Source of the DNA: Gammaproteobacteria bacterium
GTDB lineage: Bacteria > Pseudomonadota > Gammaproteobacteria > CAJXQU01
Direction of reading: 5' to 3'
DNA: 64,000 nucleotides
Assembly (NCBI GenBank): GCA_965238175.1
Contig: CBDEGZ010000003.1
Location: 2,912,001-2,976,000, forward strand
Each line of letters opens with the position of its first letter. The stretch's first letter is position 1. Of this stretch, positions 19,842 through 31,143 are shown one piece after another. The position numbers and the translations under genes were made by a program. The notes beneath the pieces are model-generated. The model was not told the origin of the DNA. It searched no databases and was given only the letters and a program-made list of their open reading frames with translations.

Positions 19842-21674
19842 TTACTCAACTGTCACCGATTTTGCCAGATTCCTCGGCTGATCAACATCAGCCCCTTTGA
19901 TTACTGCTACATGATAAGAAAATAATTGTAATGGGATGGTATAAATAATAGGTGCTATTGCATCTTCAACGGATGCAACATTCAAAACAGTCACTCCCTC
20001 AGAATCTGACATATTTGCATTCACATCTGCAAAAACGATTAATTCACCACCACGTGCACGCACTTCTTCTAAGTTCGATTTTAACTTTTCGATCAAACTA
20101 TTATTCGGTGCAACGGCAATAATAGGCATATCTTCATCAACTAGTGCTAATGGGCCATGCTTCAATTCACCCGCAGGATAAGCTTCCGCATGAATGTAAG
20201 AAATTTCTTTGATCTTTAAAGCGCCTTCCATTGCAATCGGGTACATCGTTCCACGCCCCAAATACAAGGCATGATGTTTCTGTGAAAAACGTTTAGACAA
20301 GGATTCAATTTTATCGTTTAATTCTAGTGCAACATTAACTTTACCGGGCAAACTCTCAAGCTGAGAAATAAGCTCTTCTTCTTGAGCTCTGGTCATGCCA
20401 TTTCTACGACCAAGTGCAATAACCAAAAGCATTAACGCCACTAGTTGCGTAGTAAAAGCCTTAGTTGAAGCGACACCTATTTCAGTTCCAGCTCGAGTCA
20501 ACAAGACTAGATCAGATTCTCTGGTTAACGAGCTCTCAGGCACATTGCAAATTACCATTGAATGATCAAAGCCTGACTTTTTAGCTTCTTTAAGCGCAGC
20601 TAAAGTATCAGCTGTTTCACCAGATTGTGAAATCGTCAAAAACAGAGTATCTGGATTAACAACATGTTCTCTATACCTAAATTCGCTAGCAACTTCGATT
20701 TGACATGGAACACAAGCCAGCGACTCCAGCCAATATTTTGCAACCAGCCCCGCATGGTAGCTCGTACCACAAGCGACGATTTGAACAGCTTTTACCTGAT
20801 CTAAAATAGCATCTCCGTTTAAACCAAAAACATCCTTAGCTAGCTTGTCATTTATAATTCGACCTTCTAGCGTATCCGCAATTGCACGAGGCTGAGTAAA
20901 GATCTCTTTCAACATATAATGTCGATAACCTGCTTTATCCGAAGCATCTGCAGACAATTCAGATGTGCTTATGGGTCGATCAACTTCGTTGCCTGATGCG
21001 TCATAAATAACCAATGAATCTTTACGAATATCAGCGATATCTCCATCTTCAAGAAATATAAAACGTTGCGTTACTGGTAATAATGCAAATACATCCGATG
21101 CAATAAAATATTCCCCAATACCAACACCAATAACAAGTGGGCTGCCTAAACGCGCTGTGACAAGATGATCTGGCTCTTCATTACTAACAACACCTAGAGC
21201 ATAGGCACCTTCTAGTACAGGAATCGTCGCACGTACTGCATCTAGTAAGTTCTTACCCGACTCCATATGATCATAAACTTCGTGAACAATGACTTCCGTA
21301 TCAGTTTGGGAAATAAACTTATGCTTTAGTTCTAATTGTTTTTGTCGAAGAATTTCATGGTTCTCTATAATACCATTATGAACTACCGCAACTTTTCCAC
21401 CACAGATATGTGGATGGGCATTGGCGGTACTCGGTTCACCATGAGTTGCCCAGCGAGTGTGCGCTATCCCCAATGAGCCAAGTAACGGTTCTTTCTCTAA
21501 TGCCTCTTCCAGCCCAACAACCTTACCTAAAACCCTGTGTCGATCTATTACAGAATTTTGATCGATTATTGCCATCCCAGCAGAATCATACCCTCGATAC
21601 TCAAGTCGTTTTAAACCTTCTAATAAGACTGGCGCAATATCACGTTGGCCTACTCCACCCACTATTCCACACAT
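19842..21674 (-). CDS. glmS: glutamine-fructose-6-phosphate transaminase
   Basis: [34 protein letters not shown]. Confidence 0.98.
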   Translation of the reverse strand: MCGIVGGVGQRDIAPVLLEGLKRLEYRGYDSAGMAIIDQNSVIDRHRVLGKVVGLEEALEKEPLLGSLGIAHTRWATHGEPSTANAHPHICGGKVAVVHNGIIENHEILRQKQLELKHKFISQTDTEVIVHEVYDHMESGKNLLDAVRATIPVLEGAYALGVVSNEEPDHLVTARLGSPLVIGVGIGEYFIASDVFALLPVTQRFIFLEDGDIADIRKDSLVIYDASGNEVDRPISTSELSADASDKAGYRHYMLKEIFTQPRAIADTLEGRIINDKLAKDVFGLNGDAILDQVKAVQIVACGTSYHAGLVAKYWLESLACVPCQIEVASEFRYREHVVNPDTLFLTISQSGETADTLAALKEAKKSGFDHSMVICNVPESSLTRESDLVLLTRAGTEIGVASTKAFTTQLVALMLLVIALGRRNGMTRAQEEELISQLESLPGKVNVALELNDKIESLSKRFSQKHHALYLGRGTMYPIAMEGALKIKEISYIHAEAYPAGELKHGPLALVDEDMPIIAVAPNNSLIEKLKSNLEEVRARGGELIVFADVNANMSDSEGVTVLNVASVEDAIAPIIYTIPLQLFSYHVAVIKGADVDQPRNLAKSVTVE

Positions 21675-21823
21675 TGATAAAATCTCTCTTCGTTAAAAAA
21701 CTAAAAACACACTGATGTAAGATAATATCCAAAGACCTTACATTTCTGTGATAAACATTGTCAGAGAAACGCTTACTTGACCTTTTTATACATTGTCTTA
21801 GATAGCCATAGTAACAAAGAGTT

Positions 21824-21843
21824 TGTCGTCAATTAACGACAAT
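21824..21843. promoter_or_regulatory. GlrR-type enhancer box TGTC-N10-GACA upstream of glmS
   Basis: TGTCGTCAATTAACGACAAT; further TGTC half-sites at 21759 and 21794. Confidence 0.65.
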
Positions 21844-21984
21844 ACTTTAATTTTGAGAAGGTTTTAACAGAAACTGAAATATTAATACTTATTTTAAAGA
21901 ATTGACCAGGAAATAAAATGCCCCCTTGATACGTTCCTAGAAAAACAACAGAATAATAAAAATGGAGCTAACTATGTGTTTTTA

Positions 21985-22062
<78 letters not shown>

Positions 22063-22129
22063 ATTATGAATTGTGACTAGCTTGATTGGAATCTAGATGC
22101 TTTAAATTTGTAGAGACTAAATTGAAAAA

Positions 22130-22486
22130 CTAACGTTTAAGGATGTCCAGAACTTCTTCCAGCTCACCTCGAAGTTGTTTTACTATTTGTTTGCTAATAT
22201 CTGAATCTGCTTTTACTTCATCTCCAGACAATCTTTGTCTGGCACCACCGATAGTGAAACCGTGCTCGTATAACAAACTACGTATTTGACGGATCAAGAT
22301 AACATCTTCACGTTGGTAATAACGTCGATTACCACGCCTTTTGATTGGGCTTAATTGTGGGAACTCTTGTTCCCAATATCTCAGAACGTGTGGCTTTACC
22401 GCACATAATTCACTGACTTCACCGATAGTAAAATATCGTTTCCCTGGTATTACAGGTAGTTCGTTATTATTAGCTGCTTCCAGCAT
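22130..22486 (-). CDS. MerR-family transcriptional regulator
   Basis: [26 protein letters not shown]; conserved position downstream of ihfA. Confidence 0.92.
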   Translation of the reverse strand: MLEAANNNELPVIPGKRYFTIGEVSELCAVKPHVLRYWEQEFPQLSPIKRRGNRRYYQREDVILIRQIRSLLYEHGFTIGGARQRLSGDEVKADSDISKQIVKQLRGELEEVLDILKR

Positions 22487-22766
22487 AAACTTCCACCCTA
22501 GCTTTTAATTTTTGTCCTGGTTTAAAGGTTACAACTCTGCGGGCACTAATGGGTATTTCTTCACCTGTTTTAGGATTACGTCCAGGACGCTGACTCTTAT
22601 CGCGCAAATCAAAATTACCAAATCCTGATAACTTAACCTGTACACCCGTACTCAATGCGGTGCGGATCTCCCCAAAAAACATTTCGACCAGTTCCTTTGC
22701 TTCTCGCTTGTTCAATCCAAGCTCATCAAATAGCATTTCTGCCATATCTGCTTTGGTGAGTGCCAT
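22470..22766 (-). CDS. ihfA: integration host factor subunit alpha
   Basis: [21 protein letters not shown]. Confidence 0.97.
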   Translation of the reverse strand: MALTKADMAEMLFDELGLNKREAKELVEMFFGEIRTALSTGVQVKLSGFGNFDLRDKSQRPGRNPKTGEEIPISARRVVTFKPGQKLKARVEVYAGSS

Positions 22767-22813
22767 ATTTCCCCGTGATTATAATGTCGTTCAATCAATG
22801 CTAATAAGTGATT

Positions 22814-25198
22814 TTATTCTCTAGGTGTCGCCCCTATGTCACTTTTCAATCTTGATAGTATTATTTTTAGTAATTCGTCAATTTCCTGATCTACAAGAGT
22901 GCTCGAAGTTCCTTGAAAGATCAAGCCCAGTGCCACACTTTTTTTCATTGATTCAACGCCTTCACCCTGATATAGGTCAAATAACTGCACATTTTTTAAT
23001 ATTTGTGACTTATTTCCTTTTATACAACTTGAAATTCTTGAAACCTCTACATCTTTATCAACAAGCAAACTTATATCGCGACGCACAAATGGATACTTAG
23101 ATAAGCCAGAAAATTGCGGTAGCGTTCCTTCAAGAATAATCCCAAGATCTAACTGAAAAAAACCAGTTTCTTGTTCCAAGCCCAATTTTGGAGTGACAAC
23201 AGGACTTAACATACCTAAGTAACCTATTTTTTGCCCGTTCTTATAAATATCTGCTGACTGTCCAGGGTGCAAAGCTATGTAACCTCCTTTTTTGAACTCA
23301 TAGTCAGATAAATTACCAGATTGCGACAATAGCGCTTCCACATCGCTTTTTAGATCATAAAAATCTAAGGCCTTAGGAACTAAGCCCCATTGTTCAGGAA
23401 ATGTATTGCCACTGACAATCCCCGCAAGAACATTCTTTTGCACAGTTTTATCACCTTCGTTAAAGAAAACCATGCCGGTTTCGAATAATCTAACACAATC
23501 ATTTTGACGATTAAGGTTATAAATCAATGCTTGGGATAATCCTGTTAATAAGGATGTTCTCATCACTGACATATCATTCGAGATGGGATTCATTAAAGAA
23601 ACGGCGGTTTGATGATCATGCTCGGCTAAACTATCTTGCATGGCAGGCTCAACAAAACTGTAAGTAATTGCTTCCTGATAGCCTTTTACAACTAATACAT
23701 TTCGTAGGCCATTTAGATCAAGCTGAGCTTCAGCACGTGGTTTAATCACCATTGAAACCGCAGGATTGTTAACGGTTAGGTTGTTATAACCTTTGACACG
23801 TGCAATTTCCTCGATCAAATCTGCTTCAATCGCAATATCATAACGATGCGATGGAGAAGTAACAGACCAGTCAGATCCACTTTTCTCTACCGTCATTCCA
23901 AGCCGTTTAAGACTGGTTTCAATGTACTCATCATCAAACTCGATGCCAAGTAGTCGGGTGATTCTAGTCTTACGTAATTGGATTTCTGATCTGACAGGTA
24001 AATTTTGCTCTGAAGCTTGTTGTGAAACAGGGCCAGCATCACCACCACAAATTTCTAAAATAAGTTCAGTTGCTCGCTCTATGGCAATAGTTTGTAGTTG
24101 AAAATCGACACCACGCTCAAAACGGTGTGAAGAATCTGTCTGCACTTTATACTTTCTAGTTTTACCTGCCATTTCTGCGGGTGTGAAAAACGCACTTTCC
24201 AGAAATAACGCTTCTGTACCCTCGGCCACAGATGAATCTAACCCACCCATAATTCCAGCTAAGGCTATAGCATTTTTTTGATCAGCAATTACCAACGTAT
24301 CTTCATCTAACTCAACTTCTTGCTCATCCAATAATGTCAGCTTTTCACCTTGTAGTGCTTTTCTAACAATAATTCCACCTTTTAACTTAGCCAAGTCAAA
24401 AGCATGCATAGGTTGCCCAAGTTCCAACATCACATAATTTGTAATATCAACAACCGGATGAATTGATCGAAGGCTACTGCGACGTAAACGTTCTTGCATC
24501 CAAAGTGGAGTCACCACATTCGTACTAATATTAGTAATCACTCGTCCAATGTAATTTGGACACCCACCAGGCAATTGGACATCAATTGGAAAGGTTTGAT
24601 CAGTAGTTGCGTTAACTACCCTAATATCATTGCTTAGAACTTCGCTATTACTCAAGACACCAACATCTCTGGCAACGCCACGTAAGCTAAAACAATCGCC
24701 ACGATTGGGTGTTAGATCAACTTCAATAATGGAATCGTCTAGATCAAAATAATCACGTAGATCCTGTCCTATTTCAGCATCTGCCGGTAATTCCATAATA
24801 CCGTCAGCTTTATCCGCCAAACCTAACTCAGAGGCTGAACTTAGCATTCCAAATGAAGGTACGCCTCTTAATTTAGCCTTCTTTATCTTCATCCCACCAG
24901 GCAATACGGCACCAACAATAGCAAGTGCTGTGATTAAACCTTCTCGTGCATTTGCAGCACCGCAAACAATATCAACCAGTTCATCACCACCGAAATCAAC
25001 TTTACAGAGCTGTAATTTATCTGCATCAGGATGTTGCTCTGCAGATATGATGCTTGCGACGACTACGCCAGAGAATTCAGGCGCAGCAGGTTCTACACCA
25101 TCGACTTCCATGCCACCCATCGTCAAAAGATCGGACAACTCACTTGTTGAAAGTGTGGGATCCACACTTTCTCGCAACCATTTTTCACTAAATTTCAT
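22814..25198 (-). CDS. pheT: phenylalanine-tRNA ligase beta subunit
   Basis: MKFSEKWLRE, HPDADKL, TPNRGDC, RFERGVD. Confidence 0.98.
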   Translation of the reverse strand: MKFSEKWLRESVDPTLSTSELSDLLTMGGMEVDGVEPAAPEFSGVVVASIISAEQHPDADKLQLCKVDFGGDELVDIVCGAANAREGLITALAIVGAVLPGGMKIKKAKLRGVPSFGMLSSASELGLADKADGIMELPADAEIGQDLRDYFDLDDSIIEVDLTPNRGDCFSLRGVARDVGVLSNSEVLSNDIRVVNATTDQTFPIDVQLPGGCPNYIGRVITNISTNVVTPLWMQERLRRSSLRSIHPVVDITNYVMLELGQPMHAFDLAKLKGGIIVRKALQGEKLTLLDEQEVELDEDTLVIADQKNAIALAGIMGGLDSSVAEGTEALFLESAFFTPAEMAGKTRKYKVQTDSSHRFERGVDFQLQTIAIERATELILEICGGDAGPVSQQASEQNLPVRSEIQLRKTRITRLLGIEFDDEYIETSLKRLGMTVEKSGSDWSVTSPSHRYDIAIEADLIEEIARVKGYNNLTVNNPAVSMVIKPRAEAQLDLNGLRNVLVVKGYQEAITYSFVEPAMQDSLAEHDHQTAVSLMNPISNDMSVMRTSLLTGLSQALIYNLNRQNDCVRLFETGMVFFNEGDKTVQKNVLAGIVSGNTFPEQWGLVPKALDFYDLKSDVEALLSQSGNLSDYEFKKGGYIALHPGQSADIYKNGQKIGYLGMLSPVVTPKLGLEQETGFFQLDLGIILEGTLPQFSGLSKYPFVRRDISLLVDKDVEVSRISSCIKGNKSQILKNVQLFDLYQGEGVESMKKSVALGLIFQGTSSTLVDQEIDELLKIILSRLKSDIGATPRE

Positions 25199-25202
25199 AA
25201 AC

Positions 25203-26237
<1,035 letters not shown>

Positions 26238-26241
26238 TTAT

Positions 26242-26277
26242 AAAACAAAATGGGGAAAGGTTTTTAGCCTTTCCCCA
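26242..26277 (-). terminator. terminator-like hairpin between rplT and pheS
   Basis: TGGGGAAAGG/CCTTTCCCCA stem followed by TTTTGTTTT on the minus strand. Confidence 0.7.
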
Positions 26278-26331
26278 GAATTTGTAATCCATCCGTGCAC
26301 TACCCATTCTGGTAGACACAAAATATATATA

Positions 26332-26691
26332 TTAAGCTGCCAGTGCGTTCTTGGCCTGCTCTGCTAAATGACTGAATGCCGTGGCATCATTAACTGCCAA
26401 CTCTGCCAACATCTTGCGATCTACTTCAATTGAGGCTTTTGACAAACCATTCATGAACCTGCTGTAAGACAAGCCATTTAATCTCGCTGCAGCATTAATT
26501 CGTGCAATCCATAAAGCTCTAAACTGACGTTTACGTTGACGTCGATCTCGATAAGCGTATTGCCCTGCTTTTGTGACTGCTTGTACGGCTACGCGATATA
26601 CATTCTTACGCCGACCTCTATAACCTTTCGCTTGCGCGATGACCTTCTTGTGTCTGGCGTGGGCTGTTACACCTCTTTTTACTCTTGGCAT
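26332..26691 (-). CDS. rplT: 50S ribosomal protein L20
   Basis: [22 protein letters not shown]. Confidence 0.98.
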   Translation of the reverse strand: MPRVKRGVTAHARHKKVIAQAKGYRGRRKNVYRVAVQAVTKAGQYAYRDRRQRKRQFRALWIARINAAARLNGLSYSRFMNGLSKASIEVDRKMLAELAVNDATAFSHLAEQAKNALAA

Positions 26692-26762
26692 CTCTTAATT
26701 CCTCAATCTCTCTGATCTTTTTGGCTGATCTACTTGTCTGATCTATTCTGCTTACTTTTTAT

Positions 26763-26960
26763 TTACATGTAAGGCAACATTTTATCAACTAACTTTTTAT
26801 CAGGCAGTGATAAAACAATATTCTCTCGTAACTGACGTTTACGCTTCGGACTCTTTTTAGTCAGAATGTGGCTGGTAAACGATTGGCGATGTTTGATCTT
26901 GCCAGAAGCTGTGCGTTTAAAACGCTTAGCCGCACCACGATTTGTTCTGATTTTAGGCAT
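26763..26960 (-). CDS. rpmI: 50S ribosomal protein L35
   Basis: [20 protein letters not shown]. Confidence 0.97.
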   Translation of the reverse strand: MPKIRTNRGAAKRFKRTASGKIKHRQSFTSHILTKKSPKRKRQLRENIVLSLPDKKLVDKMLPYM

Positions 26961-27021
26961 TACTTGTCTTCTCCAATATTGTCTAGCTGTTCTGATAAAT
27001 TCATCTATAAACTATCAGAAA

Positions 27022-27540
27022 TTAATTCTTTCTCGGTGCTATAACCATCACCATTTGGCGACCTTCCATCTTAGGAAATTGTTCAACACTTCCCAATTCG
27101 TCCAAATCTGCTTCAACACGTTTTAGCATCTGCATGCCAATTTCCTGATGCGCCATTTCTCGACCGCGGAATCGCATGGTCACTTTTACCTTATCGCCAT
27201 TGTTGAGAAATTTTGTTAGATTCCTGAGCTTAATATTGTAATCACCAATATCGGTCGCCGGTCGGAATTTAATTTCCTTAATCTGCACCTGCTTCTGTTT
27301 TTTCTTGGAGGCATTACGCTTTTTACTTTGTTCAAATCTGAACTTACCAAAATCCATGATGCGGCAAACCGGTGGTTCCGCATTTGGTACTATTTCTACC
27401 AGATCTTTTCGGCTATCGGCGGCACTTTGTTTTGCTTCTTCAAGCGTTACTACGCCTACCTGTTCTCCATCCGCACCTATAAGACGAACCTTAGGAGCGG
27501 AGATCGCGTCGTTAACACGATTCTTCTTGTCAGCTGCGAT
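27022..27540 (-). CDS. infC: translation initiation factor IF-3 (non-AUG start)
   Basis: ORF extends in frame to ATC at 27540 ([13 protein letters not shown]...VRLIG) behind GGAGGA; KEIKFRP, FRGRE. Confidence 0.95.
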   Translation of the reverse strand: MAADKKNRVNDAISAPKVRLIGADGEQVGVVTLEEAKQSAADSRKDLVEIVPNAEPPVCRIMDFGKFRFEQSKKRNASKKKQKQVQIKEIKFRPATDIGDYNIKLRNLTKFLNNGDKVKVTMRFRGREMAHQEIGMQMLKRVEADLDELGSVEQFPKMEGRQMVMVIAPRKN

Positions 27541-27543
27541 GTT

Positions 27544-29469
27544 TTATTCCTCCAAAACAACATGACCGCGTGTATTAATATCCTGCTGAAGATGGTTAAC
27601 AAACTCTTCAGGAGTCATTGTCCCGAGATCTTTTCCTTCTCGAGTACGCACGGACACGGTACCATTTTCAATTTCCCGATCACCTGTTACCAGCATGTAG
27701 GGGACGCGTTGTAAAGTGTGCTCGCGGATTTTAAGCCCGATCTTCTCATTTCTCAAGTCCGGAATCACACGAAACCCCTGTTTTTTCAAGGATTCTGTTA
27801 CTTTTGATGCATATTCGGCCTGAGAATCTGTAATATTGATAATTACGGCCTGGATCGGTGACAACCATGTCGGAAATGATCCGGCATGTTCTTCTATCAA
27901 TATTCCGATAAATCTTTCCAACGATCCCAATATCGCTCTATGCAGCATTACAGGGGTTTGACGGCTGCCATCTTCAGCAACATATTCTGCTCCTAATCGT
28001 TCTGGCATGGAAAAATCAACCTGTATCGTCCCGCACTGCCAGACTCGACCAATGCAATCTTTCAAAGAGAATTCAATTTTCGGGCCATAAAATGCACCTT
28101 CGCCAGGCTGTAATTCCCAATCGAGCTTTTTGTTATTTAAAGCCTGTTCAAGTGCTTTTTCAGAGTTGTCCCAAACATCATCGCTACCAACACGCTTTTC
28201 TGGCCGAGTCGAGAGTTTGATAATAATCTCTTTAAAACCAAAATCTTTGTAAACTTCATATAAAAGATCAATAAAGTCCGAAACCTCATCTTGAATTTGA
28301 TCTTCTGTACAAAAAATATGCGCATCGTCTTGTACAAAATTTCTCAGGCGCATTAAACCATGCAACGTTCCGGATGCTTCATTTCGATGACAAGATCCAA
28401 ACTCGGCCATTCGCAATGGTAAATCACGATAACTTTTGATCCCACGATTATATATCTGTACATGACATGGACAATTCATTGGTTTCACTGCGTAATCCCG
28501 ATTTTCGGAATTAGTGGTAAACATGTCCTCGCGGAATTTCTCCCAGTGACCAGATTTCTCCCATAAACTACGATCAACTAATTCAGGCGTATGAACCTCT
28601 TCATAGCCATGTAAGCGGATCTTATTACGAATATAATTTTCAACCTCTTTGAAGATTGTCCATCCTTTATCATGCCAAAAGATCATACCCGGCGCTTCAG
28701 GCTGAATATGGAAAAGATCTTGCTGTACAGCCAGCTTACGATGATCACGTTTTTCGGCTTCTTCAAGCCGGTGTAGATAATCTTTTAGATCTTTTTTATC
28801 AGACCAAGCGGTTCCATAAATCCGTTGCAACATTTCATTATCAGAATCACCACGCCAGTACGCGCCAGCCAACTTCATCAATTTAAAGACTTTTATCTTA
28901 CCGGTACTCGGAACATGGGGACCACGACAAAGATCAATAAACTCCCCTTGTTTATAAAGCGATAGATCTTCATCACTTGGAATAGATGCAATGATCTCAG
29001 CTTTATATTCCTCACCCATGTCACGGAAAAAATTCACCGCTTCATCACGTCCCATGACACTGCGTTCTACTTGAAAATCTTGCTTTGACAGCTCCTTCAT
29101 TTTTTTCTCTATGGCGGTCAAATCTTCCGGCGTGAATGTTCGCTCATAGGCAAAGTCGTAGTAAAAACCATTTTCAATAACAGGTCCAATGGTAACCTGT
29201 GCAGTCGGGAACAATTCTTTAACAGCTTGTGCCAACAAATGTGCACAACTATGACGAATAACATCAAGACCTTCTTGATCTCTTGTTGTGATAATCGCAA
29301 GTTCAGCATTCTGATCAATTTGATACGAAGTATCAACAAGTTCACCATCAACTTTACCCGCTAATGCAGCACGAGCAAGCCCTTCGCCGATCGACATTGC
29401 GACATCATGAACGCTTACGGTGTTTTCATATTGACGTTCGCTACCGTCAGGAAGTGTAATAGTGAGCAT
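27544..29469 (-). CDS. thrS: threonine-tRNA ligase
   Basis: ITLPDGS, RHSCAHL, DLCRGPH, KPMNCP, GAFYGPK. Confidence 0.98.
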   Translation of the reverse strand: MLTITLPDGSERQYENTVSVHDVAMSIGEGLARAALAGKVDGELVDTSYQIDQNAELAIITTRDQEGLDVIRHSCAHLLAQAVKELFPTAQVTIGPVIENGFYYDFAYERTFTPEDLTAIEKKMKELSKQDFQVERSVMGRDEAVNFFRDMGEEYKAEIIASIPSDEDLSLYKQGEFIDLCRGPHVPSTGKIKVFKLMKLAGAYWRGDSDNEMLQRIYGTAWSDKKDLKDYLHRLEEAEKRDHRKLAVQQDLFHIQPEAPGMIFWHDKGWTIFKEVENYIRNKIRLHGYEEVHTPELVDRSLWEKSGHWEKFREDMFTTNSENRDYAVKPMNCPCHVQIYNRGIKSYRDLPLRMAEFGSCHRNEASGTLHGLMRLRNFVQDDAHIFCTEDQIQDEVSDFIDLLYEVYKDFGFKEIIIKLSTRPEKRVGSDDVWDNSEKALEQALNNKKLDWELQPGEGAFYGPKIEFSLKDCIGRVWQCGTIQVDFSMPERLGAEYVAEDGSRQTPVMLHRAILGSLERFIGILIEEHAGSFPTWLSPIQAVIINITDSQAEYASKVTESLKKQGFRVIPDLRNEKIGLKIREHTLQRVPYMLVTGDREIENGTVSVRTREGKDLGTMTPEEFVNHLQQDINTRGHVVLEE

Positions 29470-29484
29470 GTCTTAACTCCATGG

Positions 29485-29503
29485 TGATCGATACGAGGGA
29501 TCA
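29485..29503 (-). promoter_or_regulatory. thrS translational operator hairpin (tRNA-Thr anticodon mimic)
   Basis: UGAUC-CCUCGUAUC-GAUCA stem-loop with CGU in the loop, just upstream of the SD. Confidence 0.55.
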
Positions 29504-29568
29504 TCTTCAGGTTGATTTTAATTTAAACAAAAAAGCACCGTAGTTTTAACACAGTACTTCAAAATAAT

Positions 29569-29645
29569 TGGTAGGCACGAGTGGATTCGAACCACCGACC
29601 CCCACCATGTCAAGGTGGTGCTCTAACCAACTGAGCTACGCGCCT
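29569..29645 (-). tRNA. tRNA-Val(GAC)
   Basis: AGGCGCGTAGCTCAG...TTGACAT...GTTCGAATC...CCA. Confidence 0.97.
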
Positions 29646-29721
29646 ATACTCAAGGTCGGGGAGGATACATTAAAACTATTTTTTAGGCTAGCTGACTGTG
29701 ACGCAAGTCTAACGCTTCACA

Positions 29722-31122
29722 TTAATTCCTCGAGTTTGGATCAGTATAGTAGTTCAATGAATCTCCAAAATTCAGATAAGCAAGAACCTCGCTGGCAACC
29801 TCATTTCGACGGATCGTCTTTTTAATCTCCAGATCAGCATGAGCTGCCAAATCAATAATTTTGGCGTCTTCTTTTGGGATATCAGCACTGTAGATGAGTA
29901 AAGTAGGGTTCAATGGATCATTACGATTTATCGCAATAACTCCTGCAATATTATCGTCTGATAATTTGACTATTGTCCCAGGTGGATAAACACCCAACCT
30001 ATTGATAAAGATAGAAAGAATATTTTTATCAAACTTCTTCTGCGAATACATATATGACATTGCTTCATAAGGTGTTAGCAATTTTGAGTTTTGGGTGTTG
30101 TTACAATATCCATCATAAGCATTCGCGACCGCGACAATCTTACTTAACTCACTAATTTGACCGCCTACCAACTGATTCGGATAACCAGATCCATCCTCAC
30201 ATTCACAATGCTGACCAATAATTTCAATAACTGGCTTTGGCAATTTTCCTACTTTTTCAGCTAGTTGCACACCATAGCGTGGGTACAATTGATAGGTTCT
30301 TCGCTCAATATCATTTAAAGGTTTGGTTTTACGCAAAATTGGCGTCGGAATTTTAAGCTGTCCAAAAGTATGCAACATAGCACCCACCCCAAGGTGGTTA
30401 AGTTCCATATCTTTAAGGCCTAATTCCTTACCAACAAGAAGAGACAACATAGTTACGTTGACAATATGAAAGTAACTATTCTCATCCTGGCCTTTCATAT
30501 TCACCAGTTGAATGGCTGCATGAGGATTTTCAACCACTGAGCCAACAATATCACCGACAAGCACTTCAGCTGCCAGCAATGACTCTTTTGGCTGAGCGCG
30601 CATGTTTTTCATGAGATCTTTTACAACTTTTGTCGAATTTGAAAAAGCAGCTTCGCTACGTTTCAGGCTATCTTTACGTGCTTTTTGATCTTTTGCATAA
30701 ACTACTTCTTCAGAAATTTCTTCCTCGAAGATCTCTTCCTCTTCCAATTCTTCCTCGAAGATCTCTTCCTCTTCCAATTCTTCCTCGAAGATCTCTTCCT
30801 CTTTCAATTCGTCCTCAAAATCCAGATCAGGAATATCTTCATCAAAGTCTTCCGTAACTGATGCAACCTCAAGTTCGGGAACCTTAAGATCACTACGAGC
30901 GGTATCGATCGTAATCGTCTTTACACCCATTTCAATAATAATGTTAATTTGTTTCTTATTTTTGATCTTGAACGCGCGGAACATGAACGGATAGTCCGTC
31001 CAGGCACCATCAAGCTTTACGTAATGCCCAACGCATAATTGTTCAATTGATATTTCTTTAAGCGACAAGCTTATTTCATCCGCGAAACTTTCATCATCCC
31101 TCAAATATCGACTCATCCTCAA
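29722..31122 (-). CDS. DUF3391 + HD-GYP domain protein (degenerate active site)
   Basis: N-terminal QLCVGHYV..W..YPF; LHTFG; DGSGYP; IVAVANAYD; GVYPPGT. Confidence 0.85.
   Translation of the reverse strand: MRMSRYLRDDESFADEISLSLKEISIEQLCVGHYVKLDGAWTDYPFMFRAFKIKNKKQINIIIEMGVKTITIDTARSDLKVPELEVASVTEDFDEDIPDLDFEDELKEEEIFEEELEEEEIFEEELEEEEIFEEEISEEVVYAKDQKARKDSLKRSEAAFSNSTKVVKDLMKNMRAQPKESLLAAEVLVGDIVGSVVENPHAAIQLVNMKGQDENSYFHIVNVTMLSLLVGKELGLKDMELNHLGVGAMLHTFGQLKIPTPILRKTKPLNDIERRTYQLYPRYGVQLAEKVGKLPKPVIEIIGQHCECEDGSGYPNQLVGGQISELSKIVAVANAYDGYCNNTQNSKLLTPYEAMSYMYSQKKFDKNILSIFINRLGVYPPGTIVKLSDDNIAGVIAINRNDPLNPTLLIYSADIPKEDAKIIDLAAHADLEIKKTIRRNEVASEVLAYLNFGDSLNYYTDPNSRN
30721..30810. repeat. in-frame 30-bp tandem repeat x3
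   Basis: TTCCTCGAAGATCTCTTCCTCTTCCAATTC x3 with one mismatch, encoding (ELEEEEIFEE)n. Confidence 0.95.
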
Positions 31123-31143
31123 TAATCTTAAATTAAACTGTAT

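Noticed and set aside
19710-19880. attTn7 site at the glmS 3' end
   Set aside because: The TnsD-recognised coding sequence is present as in any glmS, but no Tn7 ends or tns genes follow
29568-29825. ORF MVGTSGFEPPT...
   Set aside because: Antisense translation of tRNA-Val
30721-30810. Possible CRISPR array
   Set aside because: Repeats are contiguous with no spacers, in frame within a CDS, and no cas genes are present
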